IMG/VR virus record: IMGVR_UViG_3300011339_001230
Coordinates: 1 to 40,310 of that record
Direction: 5' to 3' (one strand)
Origin: a virus
Lineage: Duplodnaviria; Caudoviricetes
DNA: 40,310 nt
Positions 25,902-35,117 of the stretch are shown here, piece by piece (within the stretch, counting starts at the first letter, position 1; each line of letters opens with the position of its first letter). The notes below the pieces were generated by a model. It was not told where the DNA came from. It did not search any database and saw only the letters and a program-made list of their open reading frames with translations. The position numbers were made by a program, and so were the translations under genes.

Positions 25902-26294
25902 ATGAAAAAAACACTAATAACCTTCATTTTTGTGATTTGCACATTGTTTGCGTTTTCACAAGAAATATCAGTTGCAACTTCTAACAAAGTTTCTTTTGCG
26001 GAAAAGAATGTACGGACTAGTAAATTTGACTTTTCAGAGTTTAAATCAATTCCTCAAGTTGTAATTTTAATTGATGGTGATAAGATTACTGTGGATTCTA
26101 AAGTTCGACAGGAGTACTACATTGAAGGGGAAAATTATGGACTTGAAAATGCTAAAGGTTCATATTGGTACGCATACGATATTGCGGGTACAAAATGCAG
26201 GGTATATCTTTATATGGATGAATATAGTGACCTTTTCTTCGCTGTAGAGTATGATGACTATTCATGGATTTACTCAATTACTCCAGTGAAATAA
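25902..26294 (+). CDS. Exported hypothetical protein
   Basis: Signal peptide AFS|Q; ATG 4 nt after TATCTTTG. Confidence 0.75.
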   Translation: MKKTLITFIFVICTLFAFSQEISVATSNKVSFAEKNVRTSKFDFSEFKSIPQVVILIDGDKITVDSKVRQEYYIEGENYGLENAKGSYWYAYDIAGTKCRVYLYMDEYSDLFFAVEYDDYSWIYSITPVK

Positions 26295-26366
26295 TTGATT
26301 AATAATCAAATTAGGATATATCATTCTTTCACCTTAAATTTGTATTCACAATTAAAAAATAAAAAT

Positions 26367-26753
26367 ATGTCAGTAGAAACTACATCAAAAAAATTAGACC
26401 AGTTATTGGAGCAAGTTGAAAAGATTAATGCCGAAGTTAAAAGTTTGAAAGGTAAAGTTATGGACGAAAAGGTTTATAAATTGACCGAAAAACAAATGAA
26501 GGAATTTGTATCAGGTTTGTATTTTGCCTTTTCAGAGTGGAACCAAGATGAAATTTCTAATGTAGAATTTTCAGATTCGGCTGTTAATATAGAAGTTGAT
26601 AGTTTTGTAATTATACCGACAATTGATTCTAGTGTAATTGCCGATGAGATTGAGAATTACACTGAAGTTCCAACTGAAATTCAAATGATGAATATAGCTT
26701 CTGAAGTTATGGAAGATTTGGGTATTGAACTTGTCGATGGTAATTGTGAATAA
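26367..26753 (+). CDS. Hypothetical acidic protein
   Basis: Start moved to the ATG after TAAATTTG and an A-rich leader. Confidence 0.7.
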   Translation: MSVETTSKKLDQLLEQVEKINAEVKSLKGKVMDEKVYKLTEKQMKEFVSGLYFAFSEWNQDEISNVEFSDSAVNIEVDSFVIIPTIDSSVIADEIENYTEVPTEIQMMNIASEVMEDLGIELVDGNCE

Positions 26754-26778
26754 ATAGATTGTATTGGGTTGATTTAAG

Positions 26779-26808
26779 AAGAGTCGGGAAACCGGCTCTT
26801 TTTATTTT
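26779..26808 (+). terminator. Intrinsic terminator
   Basis: AAGAGTCGG-GAAA-CCGGCTCTT followed by Ts. Confidence 0.85.
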
Positions 26809-26826
26809 ACAAACTATTTATGACAT

Positions 26827-27225
26827 ATGAGATACATTATCACACAGAGTCAACTACACAAAATTGTTTACAAATACTTGGATAATATGTTTGCCGGTGT
26901 CGAGGCTAAAAAAGAAGTGAATATTCATAATGAAAACGCATATCGAATATCTTTAACTGCGCCTAAAACTAATGATGAAATTACATACTATTTTTACGGG
27001 ACTGGTGAATACGACGACTGGCGTCTAGGTGGTGAAGGGACAAAACATTTTGGTATAGGGCATTTACATATTAATCCTGACATTGTCGACTCTTTAAGAG
27101 TCATGGTAAGGGTTAGGGAAACAAAGATTGTTGATATAATATCAGATTGGTTTAGTGAAAAATATCAAGTAGACATTGACGAAGTGGCATTATATCCTAA
27201 AAGAAAAAAACCGCCAGTGTATTAA
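26827..27225 (+). CDS. Hypothetical protein, MRYIITQSQ N-terminus
   Basis: First of three tandem genes with a similar N-terminus. Confidence 0.78.
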   Translation: MRYIITQSQLHKIVYKYLDNMFAGVEAKKEVNIHNENAYRISLTAPKTNDEITYYFYGTGEYDDWRLGGEGTKHFGIGHLHINPDIVDSLRVMVRVRETKIVDIISDWFSEKYQVDIDEVALYPKRKKPPVY

Positions 27226-27226
27226 T

Positions 27227-27577
27227 ATGAAATACATTATTACTGAGAATCAAAAAGATAAGATATCTAAGTTAGTTCAAAACTTTATTGATTCTGAGCT
27301 TGCTACTTTAAAAAAAACAGCAGAATCCGAAGATAGTGAAATGAGTTTTGAAGAAACAATACAGGTTGAGAAAATCGAAAGTATTAAAATTCATAGTATT
27401 GATAAGAAAGATAAGTGGATAATATATGTTGATGTATATACTTCAAGACCATTGTATTATTATGATGAGGTTCTTTTCCACATATCTTATCAGTTAAAAA
27501 AACATATCGGGCCAAATGTGGTTAGAGAAAATAAAATGGTAATTACACAAAATTTCGGACCGGGAATTGACTACTAA
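27227..27577 (+). CDS. Hypothetical protein, MKYIITENQ N-terminus
   Basis: Start moved to 27227. Confidence 0.78.
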   Translation: MKYIITENQKDKISKLVQNFIDSELATLKKTAESEDSEMSFEETIQVEKIESIKIHSIDKKDKWIIYVDVYTSRPLYYYDEVLFHISYQLKKHIGPNVVRENKMVITQNFGPGIDY

Positions 27578-27943
27578 ATGAAATATATAATTTCAAATAG
27601 ACAACATCTTAAACTCTTTAATATGATTACAAATTATATTGAAGATATGATTGATTTGGACCAGGTCCATATGCATAAAGGAGAACTTACTGGAGAAGAG
27701 GATGTATGGATTTTAATGACTCATGATTACGATAATGTATTTTTTATATACTTTGAAAATTATTGGAATCCAGATATTACACAAGGACAAAAAAAAATAT
27801 CAGAAAGCCCAATTCTTAGATTAGAAATAGATTATGAAAAAGAATTGAACAATATGTTCGGTAATAAGTGGCATGAACCGATGAAAACATTTATTAAAAG
27901 AAACTTCGGAGTAGATATTAAAACAATAGATTTGGAGGATTAG
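27578..27943 (+). CDS. Hypothetical protein, MKYIISNRQ N-terminus
   Basis: Abuts the previous gene. Confidence 0.78.
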   Translation: MKYIISNRQHLKLFNMITNYIEDMIDLDQVHMHKGELTGEEDVWILMTHDYDNVFFIYFENYWNPDITQGQKKISESPILRLEIDYEKELNNMFGNKWHEPMKTFIKRNFGVDIKTIDLED

Positions 27944-27966
27944 GGACTTTGCCGTATATTTGTCCC

Positions 27967-28323
27967 ATGAAAATTAAAGGATTTATTATTGAAAACGACC
28001 GAACCATTTTACGTAATGGTGGATTTGCTAATGGATATGTTGTAATTCCTGAAGGGCACCCACTTTGGGGTCTTGATTATAACTCACAAGAAATTGAAGG
28101 GCTCAATGTTCACGGAGGAATTACATTCTCTCAAAAGGCTGATGAAAAGATGGTTAACCATGTTCTGTGGGGTAAGGACCTTGATGAAGAAGATTTGGGA
28201 AGTTGGGTTATTGGTTTTGATACCCGTCATACTGGTGATACACTTGAAAGGTGGCCGAGAGCTAAAGTCGAAAAAGAAGTTGTTAAATTAATGAAACAAG
28301 TTGAAAATTTAATAGTTGTTTAA
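27967..28323 (+). CDS. Conserved phage hypothetical protein
   Basis: NGYV.IP..HP...VHGGITF...WVIGFD..H.GD motif. Confidence 0.75.
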   Translation: MKIKGFIIENDRTILRNGGFANGYVVIPEGHPLWGLDYNSQEIEGLNVHGGITFSQKADEKMVNHVLWGKDLDEEDLGSWVIGFDTRHTGDTLERWPRAKVEKEVVKLMKQVENLIVV

Positions 28324-28350
28324 TTCAAAAAGTTGCCGTATCATTGTCAA

Positions 28351-28809
28351 ATGAAACAGAAGATATATTTGGATGATGTAAGAACACCTGTTAATCCTGA
28401 TTGGGTTGTGGTTCGTTCATACGATGAGTTTGTTGAAAAAGTGAGAGAACTTGGTTTTGAGAACATTGATGTAATTTCTTTGGACCACGACCTTGGAGAT
28501 ACAGCAATGAACGAGTATTTCAACAATGTCAGTCCCAACTATACTTTAGATTATTCTCATATAACTGAAAAGACTGGTATGGATTGTGCTAAATGGCTTG
28601 TCGATTATTACTATGACAATTATAATTTGTCAGAGGACTTAATCTCAAGGAAAAGTAAAAAATTAATTGGAATTACCTTTCCAAAGGTTTATACTCATTC
28701 GGCTAATCCAATAGGTTCGGCAAACATAATGGGATACATTAATAATTTTTTGATGAATGAAGCCCAACAACAAGATTGTGTAAGAGTAAACATAGAACAT
28801 ACAGTATGA
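28351..28809 (+). CDS. Cyclic-phosphate-processing receiver-like domain (cREC)
   Basis: IYLDDVR, ISLDHDLG, TGMDCAKWL, HSANPIG motifs. Confidence 0.78.
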   Translation: MKQKIYLDDVRTPVNPDWVVVRSYDEFVEKVRELGFENIDVISLDHDLGDTAMNEYFNNVSPNYTLDYSHITEKTGMDCAKWLVDYYYDNYNLSEDLISRKSKKLIGITFPKVYTHSANPIGSANIMGYINNFLMNEAQQQDCVRVNIEHTV

Positions 28810-29045
28810 AAGCAAAATTAGAATTTGATTTGGATGACTTTGATGATAAGATGGCTCACGACCGATGTGTTAGGGCTACGGATATGGCACTTGTCCTGTG
28901 GGAACTCACAACCAACTCTTATCGTGGTCTAACGACTGGATACGATGAAGATGACTCTTATCACAAAGGAGTTGATTCTGTATATGAAAAACTACGAGAA
29001 TTACTTGAAGAACACAATATTAACCCTCATAATTTAATACGATGA
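28806..29045 (+). CDS. Hypothetical protein
   Basis: MKAKLEFDL start overlapping the previous stop (ATGA). Confidence 0.72.
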   Translation: MKAKLEFDLDDFDDKMAHDRCVRATDMALVLWELTTNSYRGLTTGYDEDDSYHKGVDSVYEKLRELLEEHNINPHNLIR

Positions 29046-29554
29046 AATTTTTAACAAATATCACATATCCTGTAAGAAGGTTCTTCAGGAAAATTAAGAA
29101 TGTCTTCCGATGGCTTCCCACAATATGGAAGGACGAGGACTATGATTATAATTTCATCAATGAGATTTTAATCAAAAAACTTGAACATACAAGGGACTTC
29201 TTCTTGTCAGATAGAACTCATATTATGGAAGCGGATAAAGTCGCCGCTGAAATTCAAGAAGCAATTGACCGACTTCATATGACCCGAGATAGTTGGGAAT
29301 TTTATGAAGAACCGGCTCACGATGCAATTGAAAAGAAGTGGGGTAAGAGTAAGTTTAACTTTATTCCAACTAACGATGGAACAGGTTCTTCATATATGGA
29401 GGTTGAGCATGAAAATGTCAAGACCGATGAGGACAAAGAACAATATTCAAAAGAGTTCCGTGAAGCTATGAAACAAGCTCGCAAGGACTATATGAAAGAT
29501 AAAAAAGAAGCATATAAATTCATCGCCAAACACATTGACGGTTGGTGGGACTAA
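29042..29554 (+). CDS. Hypothetical phage protein
   Basis: W.PTIWKD.D.DY...WWD pattern. Confidence 0.75.
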   Translation: MKFLTNITYPVRRFFRKIKNVFRWLPTIWKDEDYDYNFINEILIKKLEHTRDFFLSDRTHIMEADKVAAEIQEAIDRLHMTRDSWEFYEEPAHDAIEKKWGKSKFNFIPTNDGTGSSYMEVEHENVKTDEDKEQYSKEFREAMKQARKDYMKDKKEAYKFIAKHIDGWWD

Positions 29555-29567
29555 AATAATTTAAACT

Positions 29568-30089
29568 ATGGAATGGTATATTGTAAGAGCGCAAGCAAAT
29601 CGTGAACGAAAAGTTTCTGAACGAATTCTAAAAGAAGCTGACAAAGGAGAACTCAATGGAGTTATCGGACGAGTAATTGTTCCACTTGAAAAAGTATTTG
29701 GGACAAAGGAAGGTAAGAAAGTACAACGAGAGAAGGTAATGTTTCCTGGATATGTATTCGTTGAAACATCTGCAATTGGTGAACTTAAGCAAGTTGTTAA
29801 AAAGATTGACGGAGCGACAGGACTTTTAACGGACAGAGCAGGTAATGTCCAAGTTGTAAAAGAAGCTGAAGTAAAAAGAATGATTGGGCTCCACGAAGAG
29901 AATAAAGAAAAGAGCTTCAGTGATATTTTTGGAATTGGAGATGAGGTAACTGTAACTGAAGGACCATTTGCCTCCTTCAAAGGGAACATCGAATTTATCG
30001 ATAAAGAAAAAGGTAAACTCAAAGTTAATATTCTTATCTTCGGTAGACCAACTACCGTGGAACTTGATGAAACTCAAATTAGAAAGTAA
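29568..30089 (+). CDS. nusG: Transcription termination/antitermination factor NusG
   Basis: WYIV, FPGYVFVE (NGN domain); GDEVTVTEGPFASFKG (KOW); IFGRPTTVEL. Confidence 0.93.
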   Translation: MEWYIVRAQANRERKVSERILKEADKGELNGVIGRVIVPLEKVFGTKEGKKVQREKVMFPGYVFVETSAIGELKQVVKKIDGATGLLTDRAGNVQVVKEAEVKRMIGLHEENKEKSFSDIFGIGDEVTVTEGPFASFKGNIEFIDKEKGKLKVNILIFGRPTTVELDETQIRK

Positions 30090-30427
30090 TGCATAAAGTA
30101 AACGGAAATATAATACTTGAAGACCCACTCCCAAACACAACTCACATCAGTGACCTTGTATTCTATCAGGGGCCATTAATTACACTTAAAGAATCTGGCG
30201 GTGAAAAGTATGTTTGGGTGTGGGTGGATGTGAACGATGTTTGTAATCGCTGGGGGGTTTTTAAAACTACAGATGATAAGGTAAGTGGTTGGAGAGAAAA
30301 GGAATTTGTATTTGACTATATTAATGATGCAGTTGAAGATGGTCCTGTGTATTTTGTGAATACTGATTTGGATGGAAACTTTGTGGCGGCTTGGGATGCT
30401 ACATTACAAGAACTTTTAGAATATTAA
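30089..30427 (+). CDS. Hypothetical protein
   Basis: 112-aa ORF coupled to nusG. Confidence 0.72.
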   Translation: MHKVNGNIILEDPLPNTTHISDLVFYQGPLITLKESGGEKYVWVWVDVNDVCNRWGVFKTTDDKVSGWREKEFVFDYINDAVEDGPVYFVNTDLDGNFVAAWDATLQELLEY

Positions 30428-30439
30428 TACTTATAAAAT

Positions 30440-30673
30440 ATGATGGTTATTGATAAAACTCTAAAAATAATTTTAGCAACTATTTTAGCATTTGGTTTTT
30501 GGTATTTGATTTTTTGGTTTGTAACCGCTGAATCTAATCCATTACTTTGGAGTGGACTTTCCAAAACTGTTTATTTATTTTTTGGACTTATGATGTTTGC
30601 GAAACTTGAAGATGAGTTCGGTCAAATTAACACATCTAATAAATTAAAAGAAACTGAAGAAAATGAAAACTGA
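30440..30673 (+). CDS. Small two-TM membrane protein
   Basis: Two hydrophobic segments. Confidence 0.7.
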   Translation: MMVIDKTLKIILATILAFGFWYLIFWFVTAESNPLLWSGLSKTVYLFFGLMMFAKLEDEFGQINTSNKLKETEENEN

Positions 30674-30941
30674 TTGGAACTTACTTTTTACTGTGATTTG
30701 GAAAACTTACAAATATCATATGGGGATGTGCTTACTCATATTCATAGGATATTTGATGAACGAATTTGGTGTTTTTAAAGATGAAGGAAGTTTATGGTGG
30801 GCGTATGGTCCCGTATCATTAATATTTCCGGCACTTGTTGTAATACCTATGATTCTTATGGTTAGAGATTCATATAAGCATTATCTAACTGTTAGAAAAT
30901 ACTACCCAAACGGATATAAAAAAAAGATAAAAAATAAATAA
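30663..30941 (+). CDS. Small two-TM membrane protein
   Basis: Two hydrophobic segments, basic tail. Confidence 0.7.
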   Translation: MKTDWNLLFTVIWKTYKYHMGMCLLIFIGYLMNEFGVFKDEGSLWWAYGPVSLIFPALVVIPMILMVRDSYKHYLTVRKYYPNGYKKKIKNK

Positions 30942-30944
30942 AAA

Positions 30945-31286
30945 ATGAAAAAGTTACTATTAATTTTTGCAATAACTTTAAGCTTGGCGGCTTGTAAAGG
31001 AAAAGGTTCATCCACCGAATTAAAGGATAACAGTAGCATCTCAATTGACACAAATAGTACTTGCTATTTACAAAGTTTCTTCTATGATGTCCAATTTACA
31101 TTTAATAATGGAAAAGTTGACACACTTACTCACGTATCGAAATTGCCAAATTTTAATCAATGCCAAGGTGCAAAATGGTGCTTAATTGACGCAACTACAA
31201 GTAATGTTATTGCAACTGATATTAAGTCTTTCAAATCCATCGGAAGATATTTGGATACCACCTCTTATATTAAGTGCTCAAAATAA
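30945..31286 (+). CDS. Lipoprotein
   Basis: MKK-hydrophobic-LAAC lipobox. Confidence 0.78.
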   Translation: MKKLLLIFAITLSLAACKGKGSSTELKDNSSISIDTNSTCYLQSFFYDVQFTFNNGKVDTLTHVSKLPNFNQCQGAKWCLIDATTSNVIATDIKSFKSIGRYLDTTSYIKCSK

Positions 31287-31290
31287 AACT

Positions 31291-31824
31291 ATGATTACAT
31301 TTATTTTTATTGCGGTATGTCTCGTTCTTGCGGGACTTTTCAAGGGGAGACTTGATGCCACAGCAGACACGGGAAAAAAGACTGACAGTTGGAAAAACAA
31401 GTATGAAGTAGGTTCTGACGGAATACCAGTACCAACGGAGTCAAAAAACCACTGGTGGTATTATGGGCTCTACAAACCAAACTACGCCGAGAGATTCCCA
31501 TTGAGCTCAACTGCCTTGGTATTCTTGACCGATGACTGGCATAAGTATCAGTTCATTATGTATCGTTTCCTATATATGGCAATATCGTTCGGAATGGGTA
31601 AAGGTATTTTTATGGTATTGCTTCTATCTTTTGTTGTGTTTCCTATTCTTATGGGAATTAGTTTCGAGTTGTCTTATACCAAGACTATGACCGAAATTAA
31701 ACCCAAGATGACGGCAAGCAGTAAGAAGATTACTCACATAAATGAGGAGGTGATTGATTATTCAGAAGCTCCAAGTAACGAACAAGTAACAAGCGTACCA
31801 GAAAAACAAATTGGAGATGAATAA
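31291..31824 (+). CDS. Membrane protein
   Basis: SWKNKY...FLTDDWH motif; start moved to 31291. Confidence 0.72.
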   Translation: MITFIFIAVCLVLAGLFKGRLDATADTGKKTDSWKNKYEVGSDGIPVPTESKNHWWYYGLYKPNYAERFPLSSTALVFLTDDWHKYQFIMYRFLYMAISFGMGKGIFMVLLLSFVVFPILMGISFELSYTKTMTEIKPKMTASSKKITHINEEVIDYSEAPSNEQVTSVPEKQIGDE

Positions 31825-32332
31825 GGTATTAAGTAAATTTAAGAACATACATTTTTTATGGTTGGTTGGTGTAATTTGTTTTCTATCATTTTATGTCCCT
31901 GTCGCGTGTTTTACAACATATACGGACTATGTTCCCGAGTGGACCCTACCAATATTTGTATTCTCAACTATGGTCCCACTTTGGTTCCACGAGTTGTTAT
32001 GGAGGACGGCAAGTTTTGCAAGTAATTCTTATATTGCTTTTCACGAATTACATTTTGATGATAGAGAGTGGAAAAAGAAAATTTGTAATCCTTTTTATTT
32101 CCTAATAAACTACATTTGGTGGCTTAGAAAGAAACCATTATTTTGGATTATGAGTTTAGTTCTAATTGTAACACTAATATATGGGTATAACGCACCTTAT
32201 GACGAAAATGATATACATCCATTTACACCGTTCTATGGAGTTAATTCAATTTGGTGGCTCGGAATAATAAAAGATTTTGTTATATTCAGAAACGATGCAA
32301 AAGAAGGTCGTTTAAGACATTATAAAAGTTAA
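31817..32332 (+). CDS. Multi-pass membrane protein
   Basis: Several hydrophobic segments. Confidence 0.7.
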   Translation: MNKVLSKFKNIHFLWLVGVICFLSFYVPVACFTTYTDYVPEWTLPIFVFSTMVPLWFHELLWRTASFASNSYIAFHELHFDDREWKKKICNPFYFLINYIWWLRKKPLFWIMSLVLIVTLIYGYNAPYDENDIHPFTPFYGVNSIWWLGIIKDFVIFRNDAKEGRLRHYKS

Positions 32333-32336
32333 ATTT

Positions 32337-34145
32337 ATGAAACAGTTAATTCTAATATTTTTTATTTTATTTACTTATACTTCACAATATTCACAGTGTG
32401 GTGGAGATATGACATTCGATTTGAGTGTTCCACCAGCCGCTGACGGAACATATCCACCCAATACAACGGTAGAACTTTGTGTTACTATGACAAATTGGAA
32501 TGGTAACATCCAAGGGTCAAATTGGTTAGAGGGTTTTGGATTAACTTTGGGAGCCGGATGGATTACAACAACTCCTACACTACCCCCAAACGATGCTGAT
32601 GGTGATGCAAGTGGAACTTGGATATGGGTAGAGAGTGTTACTTCAGACGCAACGGGATTGACTGCCGGTCCTGGTTACTTCTTCGAGGGTCCCACAGGTC
32701 CTATTGACGGTAACCCTGGAAATGATTGGGGTGACTATTGTATGAATGGTGATTGTGTTTGGACTTTTTGTGTTGAATTAACATCTTCAGGAACTAGCGG
32801 TGAGTCATTAGATATTGGGGTCACACCTTATGCTGATGGTAGTATGGGAAGTTGGGGAACTGAAATGTGTTTTGATGAGGTTGTAGATATTATTGATAGT
32901 GAGGTGGGTTGTAACACTTATGGATGCACTGATGCTTCCGCTTGTAACTTTGACCCACTTGCAGCTTGCGATGATGGTAGTTGTGAACAACCAGGTTGTA
33001 TTGACCCCGTCGCCTGTAATTACGACGCAAATGCGGATTGTGATGATGGAAGTTGTACTTATGGAGGTTGTATAGACCCATTCGCCTGTAACTTTAACCC
33101 ACTAGCAGGTTGTGATGATGGAAGTTGTGGATATTTTTCTATGGGTAATATAACCCATAATTTTATTCCTTGTCCTGACACAACTTGTATTGGTTCAGAA
33201 GTAACTTATTCTGTTACAGGAAATGTAAGTTCTACATATGATTGGAATGTTACTGGTGGAGGACTTGTGATTACTGACCTTACAAAAGACTGTGAAATAA
33301 TTTGGGGGGAGATTCCCGGAACTTATACAATTACAGTTCAAGAAACAACCGAAGAAGGATGTGTTGGGGAAATAAAAACCTGTGATGTTGAATTGATTAT
33401 ACCTGACATTACATTTGACACCAACAAATATTCAATGTGTTTAAATGCTTCAGAACAATTAATTGCATATCCCCAAGGAGGAACTTGGAGTTCTGAATTT
33501 ATGAATGGAAATACATTTGTTGGAACAAAACCTGGAACTTATTACCCTTCATATTTAACGAACATTCACGGGTGTGATATTCAAGAGGAAGTTGAGGTTG
33601 TTGTTAAAAGGAAATATGAAGCACCGGCAATTATATATAGTTCCGAGATTATTGATTTTTGTGTTGATTCATATAGTCAAATCTATGTTGCCGATGATAC
33701 AATTGGTATTACTTATAGTTGGTTTATTGATGAATCTAAACAACCGACAAATGACAATGTGTTAAATATGGAGTGGTATGATACTACTCGAACTTACATT
33801 GTAAAAGTAATTGCTTATGATGAGATTGGATGTGAGAGTGAACCAAAACTCATATCAGTTAAAACTGAAACTTGTCAGAGATTTTTCGCCCCCAACACAT
33901 TTACACCAAACGGGGATGGGACTAATGATATATTCAAAATTAGTGGACTATCCGTTTATCAGCCGACACTTAAAATATTCAATAGATGGGGAGTAATAGT
34001 ATATACATCTAGTAATCTTTGGTGGACTGGAGATAGTGGGGGTGGTTACTATTGTGATAATGGGGTTTATAATTGGATAATTGAATATAAAGATAAATTC
34101 GGGCAGAATAAAGAAGAGTCCGGTTATGTAACACTTGTAAGATAA
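32337..34145 (+). CDS. Secreted Cys-rich protein with T9SS type-B (gliding-motility-associated) C-terminal domain
   Basis: Signal peptide; three GC.D..ACN....A.CDDGSC repeats; PNTFTPNGDGTND...IFNRWG...GVY...GYVTLVR. Confidence 0.88.
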   Translation: MKQLILIFFILFTYTSQYSQCGGDMTFDLSVPPAADGTYPPNTTVELCVTMTNWNGNIQGSNWLEGFGLTLGAGWITTTPTLPPNDADGDASGTWIWVESVTSDATGLTAGPGYFFEGPTGPIDGNPGNDWGDYCMNGDCVWTFCVELTSSGTSGESLDIGVTPYADGSMGSWGTEMCFDEVVDIIDSEVGCNTYGCTDASACNFDPLAACDDGSCEQPGCIDPVACNYDANADCDDGSCTYGGCIDPFACNFNPLAGCDDGSCGYFSMGNITHNFIPCPDTTCIGSEVTYSVTGNVSSTYDWNVTGGGLVITDLTKDCEIIWGEIPGTYTITVQETTEEGCVGEIKTCDVELIIPDITFDTNKYSMCLNASEQLIAYPQGGTWSSEFMNGNTFVGTKPGTYYPSYLTNIHGCDIQEEVEVVVKRKYEAPAIIYSSEIIDFCVDSYSQIYVADDTIGITYSWFIDESKQPTNDNVLNMEWYDTTRTYIVKVIAYDEIGCESEPKLISVKTETCQRFFAPNTFTPNGDGTNDIFKISGLSVYQPTLKIFNRWGVIVYTSSNLWWTGDSGGGYYCDNGVYNWIIEYKDKFGQNKEESGYVTLVR

Positions 34146-34405
34146 TGCACGATAGAAAAATTATGTTTAGATTATTTTGGGCGATAATTGTAATTGCTTC
34201 GTTGTCGATAATGACATTGATGGTTGGTTGTTCTGAAAGACAAAAACAAAAAGAAGTTGGTGTATATAATGTGGACACTTTATCACATACCAATTACTCC
34301 ATTTATATCATAGATAGTTGTGAGTATATAATTTTCTATGGAGGTAGTTCGACTTGGGGAAGTCATAAAGGAAATTGTAATAACCCAATTCATGCGAATC
34401 ATTGA
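34145..34405 (+). CDS. Small lipoprotein/membrane protein
   Basis: Hydrophobic N-terminus with VGC; IDSCEYI...HKGNCNNPIH. Confidence 0.72.
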   Translation: MHDRKIMFRLFWAIIVIASLSIMTLMVGCSERQKQKEVGVYNVDTLSHTNYSIYIIDSCEYIIFYGGSSTWGSHKGNCNNPIHANH

Positions 34406-35117
34406 AAGATTTGTAAAAAATGATACACCATATTTGGGGAGATTAGTGTTAAGATTGGAGAGAAATTCAAATTATAGAAGTATAAAAAAAGGTTATTTGA
34501 ATAAAATCCATCTAAAATTTTTATTTTTCAAATTAGTTACGAGATTAATCCCTGAGATTAATGATAATAAATTAATCCCTGACCCTGATAAGGTTGCCCT
34601 TATTGAAAAATATACCGGCGGAATAATTGTGGAAAGAAGAGTAAAGGAAAAAGAATTAAATGATGCTTTAATAACTAAGCATAATTTCTTAACTAAAGAT
34701 AAAAGAATGGTTGGGGATATTTTTACGGCGTGGGATTACTTTAAAAATCAAATGGTTATTGTGGAAGAAAATCCAAAAGGGGTTGCTTTAGTTTATAAAG
34801 ATAGAAAACCATATGAATATTTGGTAATTACTGATAACGAAAAAATATCAGTTAAAATAGGGGATAGAATTTTTAACGAGAATTATATGTCCAGTATGGC
34901 TAACTATAAAAAAGAAGATTGGAAAAAATGGTATAAAAAATATATTAGGGATTATCATAGGGCTGATGAAAAAAATAAAAAAAGGATTAAGTCGGGAGGT
35001 GTTATAAAATATATCCCCTATAATATGAGAGGAATACAAAAAATTAAAACTCTAGAAGAAGCTAAAATAACCGCAATAAATATAATTAAACAAATTAGTA
35101 AAGATGATAAAAAATAG
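34392..35117 (+). CDS. Hypothetical protein, paralog of the next gene
   Basis: Shares TPY.GR..L..E, LNK.HL, KYTGG, KIGDRIF with 35104-35859. Confidence 0.75.
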   Translation: MRIIERFVKNDTPYLGRLVLRLERNSNYRSIKKGYLNKIHLKFLFFKLVTRLIPEINDNKLIPDPDKVALIEKYTGGIIVERRVKEKELNDALITKHNFLTKDKRMVGDIFTAWDYFKNQMVIVEENPKGVALVYKDRKPYEYLVITDNEKISVKIGDRIFNENYMSSMANYKKEDWKKWYKKYIRDYHRADEKNKKRIKSGGVIKYIPYNMRGIQKIKTLEEAKITAINIIKQISKDDKK

